In this document: positions 39,667-48,993 of the stretch, one piece after another
Layout: every line of letters begins with the position of its first letter
How positions within the stretch are numbered: position 1 is the stretch's first letter
From: Promethearchaeota archaeon
Lineage (GTDB): Archaea > Asgardarchaeota > Lokiarchaeia > Sigyniarchaeales > SOKP01
Reading direction: 5' to 3'
Length of the DNA stretch: 64,000 bases
NCBI GenBank assembly: GCA_029838195.1
Contig: JALGVJ010000006.1
Location: 97,093-161,092, forward strand
The notes under the pieces: generated by a model
What the model saw: only the letters and a program-made list of their open reading frames with translations
What the model was told of the DNA's origin: nothing
Databases searched by the model: none
Translations under genes and position numbers: made by a program

Positions 39667-40452
39667 GTGAGAAAAATGGATGACCCCCAAGAAAAGATGG
39701 ACCAAGAAGTAAGCGGAAGCACGGATCTCGATGACGATCTCCTCGGTCTGGATATAGAGGAGTCGGAAGAGATGACCACCTTGTTTGCTGTGCGTACCAC
39801 GATCAATCAAGAGAGTAATGTATTACGACAAATTTTTTACCGCTTTCGTATATTGGACGTGATTCCGGACATCCGAGCCATGCTCATTTCTCCGATGCTA
39901 CCGGGGTACGTGTTTTTTGAGGCACCCCAGAAACACGATGTACAAATCGCCGTGCAGGGGATCCCCCATATCAAGGGAAGAATTGTTCAAAATATTACCT
40001 TAGGAGAATTGAAACACGTTCTCTTGCCGAGAAGCGTGACGGAATTCATTTCCGTGGGAGATACTGTGGAAATTGTGAGCGGCGTGTTTGAAGGGGCAAG
40101 AGCTGTGGTTATGCGCATGCCTCATGACACATCAAGTAGCGAAGAAGTCGTCGTGAGGCTGCTTCAAGAAGAAACGCCCATTACTATTAAAATTCACGGC
40201 GATTATCTGAAACTCGTGGAAAAGAAACGAGAAGAAAAGAAAGTAGCAACAGCCCCTGCACCTGCTGAAAAACCAACGGTTCAGGCGACCGTTACCGATT
40301 TGGAGAAAGCCATCAGCTTCGATGACGATTTCGAATCCGAATACGCGGAAGAATATGGAGAGGAGCTGGAAGAAGAGTACGAAGAAGAGCTGGAATACGA
40401 GGAAGAAGAAGAGGAAGAAGAAGATGAATGGTCCAAATTCGATGGTTTTTAA
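39667..40452 (+). CDS. spt5: Transcription elongation factor Spt5 with acidic N- and C-terminal extensions
   Basis: NGN domain (FAVRTTINQE...PGYVFFEA...IPHIKG), KOW (GDTVEIVSGVFEG..AVV), poly-Glu tail. Confidence 0.9.
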   Translation: MRKMDDPQEKMDQEVSGSTDLDDDLLGLDIEESEEMTTLFAVRTTINQESNVLRQIFYRFRILDVIPDIRAMLISPMLPGYVFFEAPQKHDVQIAVQGIPHIKGRIVQNITLGELKHVLLPRSVTEFISVGDTVEIVSGVFEGARAVVMRMPHDTSSSEEVVVRLLQEETPITIKIHGDYLKLVEKKREEKKVATAPAPAEKPTVQATVTDLEKAISFDDDFESEYAEEYGEELEEEYEEELEYEEEEEEEEDEWSKFDGF

Positions 40453-40672
40453 ATTTTTTTTCATGAATTTTTTGATTTTTTTAGTCCATGTCTAATATAT
40501 CTCATGCCTTACCAGGATATATTAATTAGGCCGTTGCGGATCTATCCTCAAGTTTCAAATCTTTCCCCGACTAAAGAATGCGTACATTTTTATATTTAAA
40601 AGATCATTAAATTACTTGTATTAGTCAGAGTTCTTCCCTAATAACTAATTACCCTCCGAATGATTTTTTCCA

Positions 40673-41425
40673 ATGATTAAAAGCATTTTCATATTAAAAG
40701 GAAACACCGGAGAATTAATATTCTACAAGTCCTATGAGGAAATTTTCAATATCAATCTCACCGGTAGCTTCCTAAGTGCTATTTTCTCCTTTCTCAAGCA
40801 CTCCTTAAAAACCGAACAACTCTCGGAAATTGAGGTCGGCCCCTTCCGGTTCATCTTCGAAATCGAACGAATTAACAAAGATGAACTCATGTTCGCCATT
40901 TTTTGCGATCGAACGGACAACCTCGTCGAATTGCGCTCCCAACTAAAGCAAATTAAAGACCAATTCCTCAAAAAATTCGATATTAATGATTTAACCAATG
41001 ATTTTGACGGAGAAATTACCAAGTACTATGAATTTGAACACAACATCCACGATATTGTTGAAAAGAAAAAAGAATTGATCTCAAGAGAGATTGAAAAAGA
41101 ATTGATGGATGTTTTCAACGAACTCCACTCCTTCTCCAACATGGTCATCTCTTCCGCCCTTCTCACCCAAACTGGAAGAGTTATCGTCTCTTTCCTCCAT
41201 CCTTCCATCCTCTCCGAAATCATCCGCCTCCTCGAAGGACGCTTCATCTCCGGAAATTACAAGGTTAAAGAACTCATCTCTCTCGAAGATTTCGGCATCC
41301 TCTCCTTAAAAGGCATCGATGAAAATTACCTAGCCGTCATCATCTTCAAGAACAATTGCCCCTTCGAAACCAGCCTAATCATTACCAAGAAATTCACCCA
41401 ACGCCTCGAAAATATCATCCTTTAA
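40673..41425 (+). CDS. Longin-like plus roadblock/LC7-like two-domain protein
   Basis: N-terminal MIKSIFIL...GELIFYKSY...LTGSFLSAIFSF (longin-like); C-terminal VISSALLTQTGRVIVS (roadblock-like). Confidence 0.65.
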   Translation: MIKSIFILKGNTGELIFYKSYEEIFNINLTGSFLSAIFSFLKHSLKTEQLSEIEVGPFRFIFEIERINKDELMFAIFCDRTDNLVELRSQLKQIKDQFLKKFDINDLTNDFDGEITKYYEFEHNIHDIVEKKKELISREIEKELMDVFNELHSFSNMVISSALLTQTGRVIVSFLHPSILSEIIRLLEGRFISGNYKVKELISLEDFGILSLKGIDENYLAVIIFKNNCPFETSLIITKKFTQRLENIIL

Positions 41426-41966
41426 TGGAATCCCATTCCCAGCGCAATCAATGTCCGTATTAATCCTCGTTTTTTTATTACCCTATTTTCTTTCCACGCT
41501 TGATTAAAGACAATCTCCTTCCTCTCTTTTATTCCTTTTCATTTTCTTCTTTTCCCTTCATTTTCCTTCGTTTCCTTTTATTTCCATTCGATTTCCCATC
41601 ATTTCCATTGTCTTACCTTCCATTTTATTGCCCTTATTTCTCACGATAATTTGCCCAACTAATTTTCATTAGCCACCTGCTTTCTAAAAATCACACAATC
41701 TCTATATTAAATACACCCTTTCATTGACCCTCTCCCAACCTTTCGATCCCAACCTTTTCTAAAATTGCATGCACGCACGAAAAATTTCCCACATCTAGAT
41801 TGCAAAAATCCTTCATTTCTACCCCATTCTAACATCCCCATATGTTTTAATGCTAATCTCAGTACACCCCTTCATGAATGCCGATAAAAAAATTATTAAG
41901 AATTACCATGTTTCCCAAATTATAATTTATAATTTTATACATCAAATAAAAAAAAAGGAATTTCAA

Positions 41967-43274
41967 ATGTCAGAACCAGGAAAAAAAAGAAAATTTGTCA
42001 CCCAAGCCATTAATGACGAAATTCTCGAAAAATTAAGCCTAAAAAACCGCTATAACTTCCTTAATAATAACCTCATGTCAATTTTAACGCCCCAACAATT
42101 CAACTTCCTCAAATCCGTCCAGAAATTCTGCCTCCGCTATGAAAAAAAAAATAACATCACCCACGGGCCCGATGAGGACGTCTACAATTGGATTCCAGAC
42201 TTTGGAAAGGAAGGATATATCACCAGGGCTCATAACTTTGAAATGGTAGATGTCAACTATGACTATTGGGGCGCTTGCGCTGACTTCATGCGATACTTGG
42301 CCATCGACTTGTTCGATACGCAATTCGCGATGGGCTCCGGCGCTACCGTCCTCGCCATTAATCCTATATACGATCACCATGACAACGTGCCCGTGCGCCT
42401 TGAAGCGTTAAAAGAATTAGTCACAGGACAAGCCGCAGGATGCATTTTAATAACAGAGCCCGAGAGAGGGTCGGACGCCGTTCACCAATTAACTACTTGT
42501 ACTGAACAGGAAGATGGAAGCTTCATTCTAAATGGAGATAAAATCTTTAATACTAATGCACCTCGAGCCAAATGGGCCATCACTTATGCTACTGCAGAAA
42601 AAAACAATGGAAACATGATGGCTCAATTCCTCGTAAATACCTCCTGGGAAGGATGGAACTGCGAACGTGTTTTCATCCCATGGGTGCCCAAACTTTATCT
42701 TGGCAGGGAAAAATTGGTCAACCTTCGCGTGCCTAAAGAATACGTCCTTGGCGGTGTCGGGAAAGGGCGCGAACATCTCTTCGAAGGCCTAATTCCCGAG
42801 AGAATTGGAATAGCTGTAGGAGCCATTTCCCAATGCTGGGGCGCGCTCTCTCATGCCGTGATTTACGCAAACCTTCGGAAACAGTTTGACCAAGAAATCC
42901 TAAAATTTCAAGGTGTTGGCTTCACCTTAACCGATTTATGGGCTCGAACAACTAATTTGACCCTAGGCTTGCTCAAGTTCTGCGAAAGCTATGATGAAAA
43001 ATTTGAAAAATTCGGTGGCAAACTTCCTAAGAACATTTCCCAAGCCATGGTGGCTTCCGCAAGTCAATTCAAGTATCATACAACGAGTCTATCAAAAGAT
43101 GTCTGTTACGAATGTGCTAACCTAATGGGAGGTGCCGGGCTCTGCGACAATACCATGACTCATGATTACCTGAACATCTCAAGAATCCAAGAAATAGTCG
43201 GCGGCTCAAGGCAAATACAGCAATACATCATGAGCATGGCCTTGCGCACCTTATACAAAATGTCCGTAATGTAA
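41967..43274 (+). CDS. Acyl-CoA dehydrogenase family protein (copy 1; start at MSEPG)
   Basis: ITEPERGSDA, LNGDKIFNTNA, RKQFDQEILKFQGV, MGGAG, EIVGGSRQIQ; 435 aa from this start, same length as copy 2. Confidence 0.92.
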   Translation: MSEPGKKRKFVTQAINDEILEKLSLKNRYNFLNNNLMSILTPQQFNFLKSVQKFCLRYEKKNNITHGPDEDVYNWIPDFGKEGYITRAHNFEMVDVNYDYWGACADFMRYLAIDLFDTQFAMGSGATVLAINPIYDHHDNVPVRLEALKELVTGQAAGCILITEPERGSDAVHQLTTCTEQEDGSFILNGDKIFNTNAPRAKWAITYATAEKNNGNMMAQFLVNTSWEGWNCERVFIPWVPKLYLGREKLVNLRVPKEYVLGGVGKGREHLFEGLIPERIGIAVGAISQCWGALSHAVIYANLRKQFDQEILKFQGVGFTLTDLWARTTNLTLGLLKFCESYDEKFEKFGGKLPKNISQAMVASASQFKYHTTSLSKDVCYECANLMGGAGLCDNTMTHDYLNISRIQEIVGGSRQIQQYIMSMALRTLYKMSVM

Positions 43275-44422
43275 TGGTGTGAACGTAGGAAAAAACATAT
43301 CTTAAAAAATTTATTCTTTTTTTTGTTCATTTCATTCCCCTTTTTTATCTTGAGGAATAGTATCGCTTAATTTTTTTTAGGCATTAGTAAAAAGGAATCG
43401 TGTTAATCATTTATTTTTGAGTGCAATTTCTTTGTAATCTTGTCGTATAGAATGAGATATAGTAGAGTTCTTTTAAAAATAAAAAATTTTTAATACGTGA
43501 GAGTTTTTCTACTTATTTTAAAAGAATTTTTTCAAGTCTCCTTGAGAAATCATATTAATCTGTTTAAAATTTATTTTTTAGAATGTTGCTTGAATGAAAA
43601 AATCATGATTTTCATAAAAATATTAAATCGTGCAAAAACCAAACAAGCTTCATTTGGAGAGAAAGGGAGTTAATTTGATACGATTTTCTTAAAATTTTTA
43701 AATTCTTGATATCTCAAATCGGCAAGTTTATTCTGAATGATCTTACAAAAATATTAAAAGAAATGGATGATAGTTCTTTTTTTAAATTCGAGAGAAAAAA
43801 GCTTTTAATTTTATTATATGAGAATCAAAAAAAAAAGGAGATTTTTGCTTCTCTACAAAAAGAAGATAATGAGTTTTTAGCTTTAAATTGGGATGGTAAA
43901 ACTATCATCCATTAGGCAAAAACACTACTATTTAAGAAAAAAATTATTATTGGAGATTATAAAAAAAGACATTCTATTCATGTAAAATTAAGGATGTTTA
44001 TATGAGCCAAAGAGAAATGGACGAGTTGTTAATTTATTAAAAAATTGTAAAATACGATTCAGTGAAAAAAGGATTGAAGTACATGACCTAACATCAATGG
44101 ATTTATTTCAATGTTCAGGTCAGGTTAGCTTTTGATATATACCATGGATATTTTATAATTAAACATGTTCATGACATCCAGCTCGTGAAAAAACCACGGA
44201 TACAACGAGATTTGAACATTGGAAAAAGAAAAATTTAAGGGATGTGTTAAAAATTCTTAGGAAGGAAAAACCAAACTACCTCTTTTAAAATTTGAGAGTC
44301 AAGAGATTTTGTCCATCATGCCTTTTAGATTTAAAATTCTATATTCAATTAAAACCTTCAAAAAGAAAAATAAGATGCAATTTTAACGGAAAATAAAAAA
44401 AAAATAATTAAAGTTAAAGATT

Positions 44423-45730
44423 TTAAAATACACTCATTTTATAAAGATTTCTCAATGCCATGCTCATGATGTATTGCTGTATTTGCCTTGAGCCGCCGAC
44501 TATTTCTTGGATTCTTGAAATGTTCAAATAATCGTACATCAGAGTGTTGTCACACAAGCCTGCACCTCCCATTAGGTTAGCACATTCATAACAGACATCT
44601 TTTGACAGCTGAGTACAGACGTACTTGAATTGTGAGGCGCCTGCGACCATGGCTTGAGATATATTTTTTGGAATTTCACCACCGAATTTTTCTTTTTTCT
44701 CATCATAGCTTTCGCAAAATTTGAGCAATCCGAAGGTAAGAGCCGTGGTGCGAGCCCAATAATCCGCGAGTGAAAATCCTACGCCCTGGAATTTTAAAAT
44801 TTCTTGGTCAAACTGTTTTCTGAGGTTTACATAAATTCCTGCATGAGCTAAAGCCCCCCATGCTTCAGCTACACTCATCGCAGCAATGCAGATGCGTTCA
44901 GGCACGAGGCCCTCGAATAAGTGTTCTCGTCCTTTCCCGACACCGCCAAGGATATATTCTTTAGGCACGCGCACGTTTTTTAAGGTTTCTTTTCCGAGAT
45001 ATAATTTAGGTACCCAAGGAATGTTGACACGTTCCACGTGAAATCCTTCCCATGAAGTGTTGATGAGGAATTGAGCCATTTTATTGCCGTTATTCTGTTC
45101 AGCCGTTGCATAGCATATCACCCATTTAGATCTGGGAGCGTTCGTGTTATAAATTTTTACTCCATTTAACAAGAAGCTTCCATCTTCTTGTTCATCGCAG
45201 GTGGTCAATTGGTGGACGGCGTCCGACCCCCGTTCGGGTTCTGTTATTAAGATTGCACCAGGGGATTTTCCCGTTAAGAGTTCTTTTAGTGCTTCGAGGC
45301 GCACGGGCACGTTGTCATGGTGATCGTATATGGGATTAATGGCGAGGACGGTAGCGCCGCCTCCCATTGCGAATTGAGGGTCAAACATATCAATGGCAAG
45401 GTTTCGGACGAAATCCATGGCAAGCCCATATTCGGCATAATCCAAGTCGACGCATTTTCCATCGTGTTGGCGAGTTATATAGCCTTTTTCGCCGAAGGCG
45501 GGTACCCAGTCGTAGATATCCTCGTCCGGCCCGTGGGTGATTTTATTTTTTTTTTCGAAGCGGAGGCAGAATTTTTGGACTTCACGGAAGAAGGCATTTT
45601 GTTCCTTAGTGAGGAGGTTTCCGAGGTTGTTATTTACCCAGTTGTATCGATTTTTGAGGGAGAGTTTACCGAGGATTTCGTCGTTGATGGCTTGTACTTT
45701 AAATTTTCTCTTTTTTTCTTCGTTGGACAT
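44423..45730 (-). CDS. Acyl-CoA dehydrogenase family protein (copy 2)
   Basis: Same motifs as copy 1 and collinear with it over the whole length. Confidence 0.92.
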   Translation of the reverse strand: MSNEEKKRKFKVQAINDEILGKLSLKNRYNWVNNNLGNLLTKEQNAFFREVQKFCLRFEKKNKITHGPDEDIYDWVPAFGEKGYITRQHDGKCVDLDYAEYGLAMDFVRNLAIDMFDPQFAMGGGATVLAINPIYDHHDNVPVRLEALKELLTGKSPGAILITEPERGSDAVHQLTTCDEQEDGSFLLNGVKIYNTNAPRSKWVICYATAEQNNGNKMAQFLINTSWEGFHVERVNIPWVPKLYLGKETLKNVRVPKEYILGGVGKGREHLFEGLVPERICIAAMSVAEAWGALAHAGIYVNLRKQFDQEILKFQGVGFSLADYWARTTALTFGLLKFCESYDEKKEKFGGEIPKNISQAMVAGASQFKYVCTQLSKDVCYECANLMGGAGLCDNTLMYDYLNISRIQEIVGGSRQIQQYIMSMALRNLYKMSVF

Positions 45731-46135
45731 TTAATTTTCCTTTCTTGTTTTTAATTTTTACCTGATGAATATATATTTTTATACATGTATGGAAATATAG
45801 ATTAATTTTTTAATTTAATTGAAATGGGAAAGAGTGGGGAATCATGGGATTGGGGTCCATGCATAGAAGGGGAGTGTAGGGGAGCGGACGAATTAACCAT
45901 GAAAAAGAGGTGATTAAAATTGGGAATAAAAGGGGGAAGAATAAGAGAGAGCAGAAAGCGCGAAGGAGCAATGTTAAAGATAATGAGGATTCAAGGGAAA
46001 AAAAAATAGAATAAAGGGGAAAAAAGAGAGATGGGAGCAGTAGATATGCTGGGAAGGAGGAGCTCAATAAATTAACGACCTAAGAACGAGGGTAAAGAAG
46101 AAAGCAAGGAAGCGAGAGCAAGGGAACATTGAAAC

Positions 46136-46453
46136 TTAATTGGAGAGGATTTTCAAGATTTCAAGAGTGGAGGGGTGGATGTAAAATTTAATTTTTTTAA
46201 GCTTGGTGGGATTGGAGGGTGTTGATTCGTGTTTAACCATTGTAATGGCGTAAAGTGGGTCATTTTTTGGATCATGATCATTAAAGTTCATTTTCCAAGA
46301 GAAAAAGTGAGGATATTCTTTTCTCAGGCGTTGAAATTCCTTCCAGGAAATCTTTTTTACTAGAAATTGGACGTGGCATGCATCTTGGAGGAATTCTTGG
46401 GTGCGCGGGTGAGACAAGATTTTTTCTTGTAAATTTTTGGGGAGAGAATACAT
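46136..46453 (-). CDS. Hypothetical protein
   Basis: 105-aa ORF with ATG start; no motif recognised. Confidence 0.5.
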   Translation of the reverse strand: MYSLPKNLQEKILSHPRTQEFLQDACHVQFLVKKISWKEFQRLRKEYPHFFSWKMNFNDHDPKNDPLYAITMVKHESTPSNPTKLKKIKFYIHPSTLEILKILSN

Positions 46454-46700
46454 TATCTTTCACTATAATTGGGCATGATTAATGTTTTTTAATAGGCATT
46501 TGAAGGACTAGATTAAAAGAGATTCACGTGAAGAAAGAAAGATCATCTTTCTATTTAAGTATTTTGATTTGAGAACGATAATTTAAGGGAATTAAGAATA
46601 GAGGGATTGGAAAAAACGATGAGGTATTTCAGAATGAGGAAATCTTAAGGATCGTGTATTGAATCGCTTTTTAAAGCGTTTGGTCTTGTTTCTGATTCAT

Positions 46701-46913
46701 TTATTCCTCGTCTTCTTTTTCAGCTCGGAGCGTTTCGATTTTATTTTCGATTTCTTCAATTTTTTCATCGATTTGGGTAATTTGGTCGTACACCTTACAG
46801 GTTTCACAGCCATCATCTTTTTCACATTGAGGGAGCATATCGCATTTTTCTTCGAGTCTATCTCTTTTTTCCATTAATTTATCGCGTTCTTTTTCGAGTT
46901 CTGAAAGGCTCAT
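46701..46913 (-). CDS. Small acidic coiled-coil protein with a four-Cys turn
   Basis: Heptad helices flank CDMLPQCEKDDGCETC. Confidence 0.7.
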   Translation of the reverse strand: MSLSELEKERDKLMEKRDRLEEKCDMLPQCEKDDGCETCKVYDQITQIDEKIEEIENKIETLRAEKEDEE

Positions 46914-47040
46914 AATGAAACTATCTCAAATCAATTTTATTAGATATTATTAATGATGCCTTAATTATTTTTTTTATCATCCACCATTTAAAATTATTCA
47001 TTGAAATGAAATTTATATAGGAAAAATAAATGATGTAACC

Positions 47041-48036
47041 ATGCCATTAGATCCGGAGTTTGAAGAGGTGATCCGGAGTTTTTCGGATGAGAACACGATA
47101 CAGCGTGCGCAGCTCATAGCTTCGCATCGAGTGGAAATTATTAAACAAGATTTTGAAGCGGGATTCATTGAGGCACGCATTCGCGGTTCAGAACTCATAC
47201 CTTACAAGATCACTATAGATCTCAAGCAAGAAGGATTTCATGAGCGCCTGTATCATGACTGTCCGGATTTCTTGAGGCGACGTCGGGTTAATCAAGAATT
47301 TTGTAAGCACGTGATTAAACTTTTTGCTATTTTGTGGACAATTAATAAGGCAGCCACGAGGAAAATATTGGAGCAATTGGAATTAACAAGGAACAAGGAG
47401 ACGGGAAATGCAAATGTGATGATGGAAAATGATGATTTAAATTCATTTATTAATCCTTCCATCGAATCACGTTTAAATTTTGAGGTAAAAGGATTTGATT
47501 TTTTTTTTGATTTGATAAAATTAGATGAGTCCTCCCGGGAAAAGATTCGCCTGATTTTAAAGGAAGCGAGAAGATTTCCGGCAGCATTAATGGGCCATCA
47601 TGGTGCCCATGAGGGAGGATTATTTGATCACATCTTATTGGTCACGAATTATACTTATTATTTATATAACTCCATGAGAAGCATGTTGAAACTAAAAAAA
47701 GCGATTTTAACGGCAATTTATCATGATTTTGGAAAGATTTCTTATTATTCCCATAAGAAAAACGTGAAGGAGAGCATGGTAAGAGTAAAAAGAGAGGAGA
47801 TTTTCGATACAAGCCTCTTCCTCCAGCAAAAATTTGGATTAGAAGGGAGGGATTATCACGTGGAAGAAGGAATTACCGTGTTAAAAAAATTTAACTTGTT
47901 TATTGATGATGAGATGTGCTTGGGTATCATCTTTCACCACGGGTCGTGGTCAAAATATCGTCCATTAAAGATGAATGAATTGGCGACACTCATTCACGTT
48001 GCAGATATGATGGCCTCCCATGTTCATTTTATTTAG
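47041..48036 (+). CDS. SWIM-type zinc finger plus HD-domain (YhaM-like) phosphohydrolase
   Basis: HDCPDF...FCKHV (SWIM-like); HHGAHEGGLFDH, AIYHDFGK, HHG, IHVAD (HD). Confidence 0.8.
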   Translation: MPLDPEFEEVIRSFSDENTIQRAQLIASHRVEIIKQDFEAGFIEARIRGSELIPYKITIDLKQEGFHERLYHDCPDFLRRRRVNQEFCKHVIKLFAILWTINKAATRKILEQLELTRNKETGNANVMMENDDLNSFINPSIESRLNFEVKGFDFFFDLIKLDESSREKIRLILKEARRFPAALMGHHGAHEGGLFDHILLVTNYTYYLYNSMRSMLKLKKAILTAIYHDFGKISYYSHKKNVKESMVRVKREEIFDTSLFLQQKFGLEGRDYHVEEGITVLKKFNLFIDDEMCLGIIFHHGSWSKYRPLKMNELATLIHVADMMASHVHFI

Positions 48037-48432
48037 CAATGGGGCAATACAGCATCATTTTTTCATTTTCAGGTATTTTTCCTGGAATGCACGCTCTATT
48101 CATTAAAAAATAGAGAAGCCAATATGGGTTGATCAAGCTATAGATTATAAGAATATAAATATAATCAAGATTAGGTCAAGTAATTGAAGTATTTCAGTTT
48201 TCCCCTATCCTTTGGCATTACATGGCATCAAAATAATTAATAACTCGTCATGAAGTAAAGAGCACGTGAATATTTTGAATTCGGATGATCCTAACTATTT
48301 AAGAAATAATTTTTCTTTTATCTGCCTTAATCGCTACTTTTCCTTAATTTTAGGACCAAGACAAGATGAAGAGGAGGAAAAAAATGATTCAATTAGCTAA
48401 GGCATGGCAGCAGATTAAAAAAACAAATGAAC

Positions 48433-48993
48433 TTATTTCTTGAGTTTGGGTTTAAAAGTTATTGCTGGTTTTGTTCTTTCTGAGTAAGTGAATTTAACAG
48501 CCTCTTTAACGTCGCCATATCTTTTTTTTAATTCTTCTAATGGTCCAGCATCCAGCGCTCTTGTTCTACACGCTTCAACGCAAATGGGCTTGAGATCTAG
48601 AGCAAAACGATCCGCACAAAAATTGCATTTTTGCATTATGGAGCCGGGTTCAGCTCCGAATTGAGGAGCATCATAAGGACACGCTTTCAAGCATTTTGAA
48701 TCACATTCTTCGTTGCCAAGACATTTGCTTGAATCTACCAAAACAATGCCATCTTTTTCTCGCTTAAAAATGGCCTTGACAGGACAGACGGCTAAGCAAA
48801 CGGGATCAATACAATGATAACACGGTTGAATGAGATAACTCACGAACACATTAGGAAACGTTCCTTCTTCGTTATATAATACTCGAATCCATTTCATTGG
48901 CCCTGCAGGAATGTCATGCCAGTCTTTACAGCTTATCTCACACGCATGGCATCCCGTGCAGCGTGTTTGGTCGAAATAAAAGCCGACTTGCAT
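48433..48993 (-). CDS. dmsB: DmsB-like 4Fe-4S subunit
   Basis: GFYFDQTRCTGCHACEISCKDW, CYHC..PVC..VCP, C.GN..C...C..ACPY, KCNFC..R...PICVEAC. Confidence 0.88.
   Translation of the reverse strand: MQVGFYFDQTRCTGCHACEISCKDWHDIPAGPMKWIRVLYNEEGTFPNVFVSYLIQPCYHCIDPVCLAVCPVKAIFKREKDGIVLVDSSKCLGNEECDSKCLKACPYDAPQFGAEPGSIMQKCNFCADRFALDLKPICVEACRTRALDAGPLEELKKRYGDVKEAVKFTYSERTKPAITFKPKLKK

Noticed and set aside
41850-41966. Longer N-termini given by the ORF track (also 34169-34243, 52473-52511, 62786-62848)
   Set aside because: AT-rich promoter-like sequence; paralog or family alignment begins at the downstream Met.
43706-44240. Short ORF and broken frames between the ACAD genes
   Set aside because: Might be a decayed gene, but I recognise no family.
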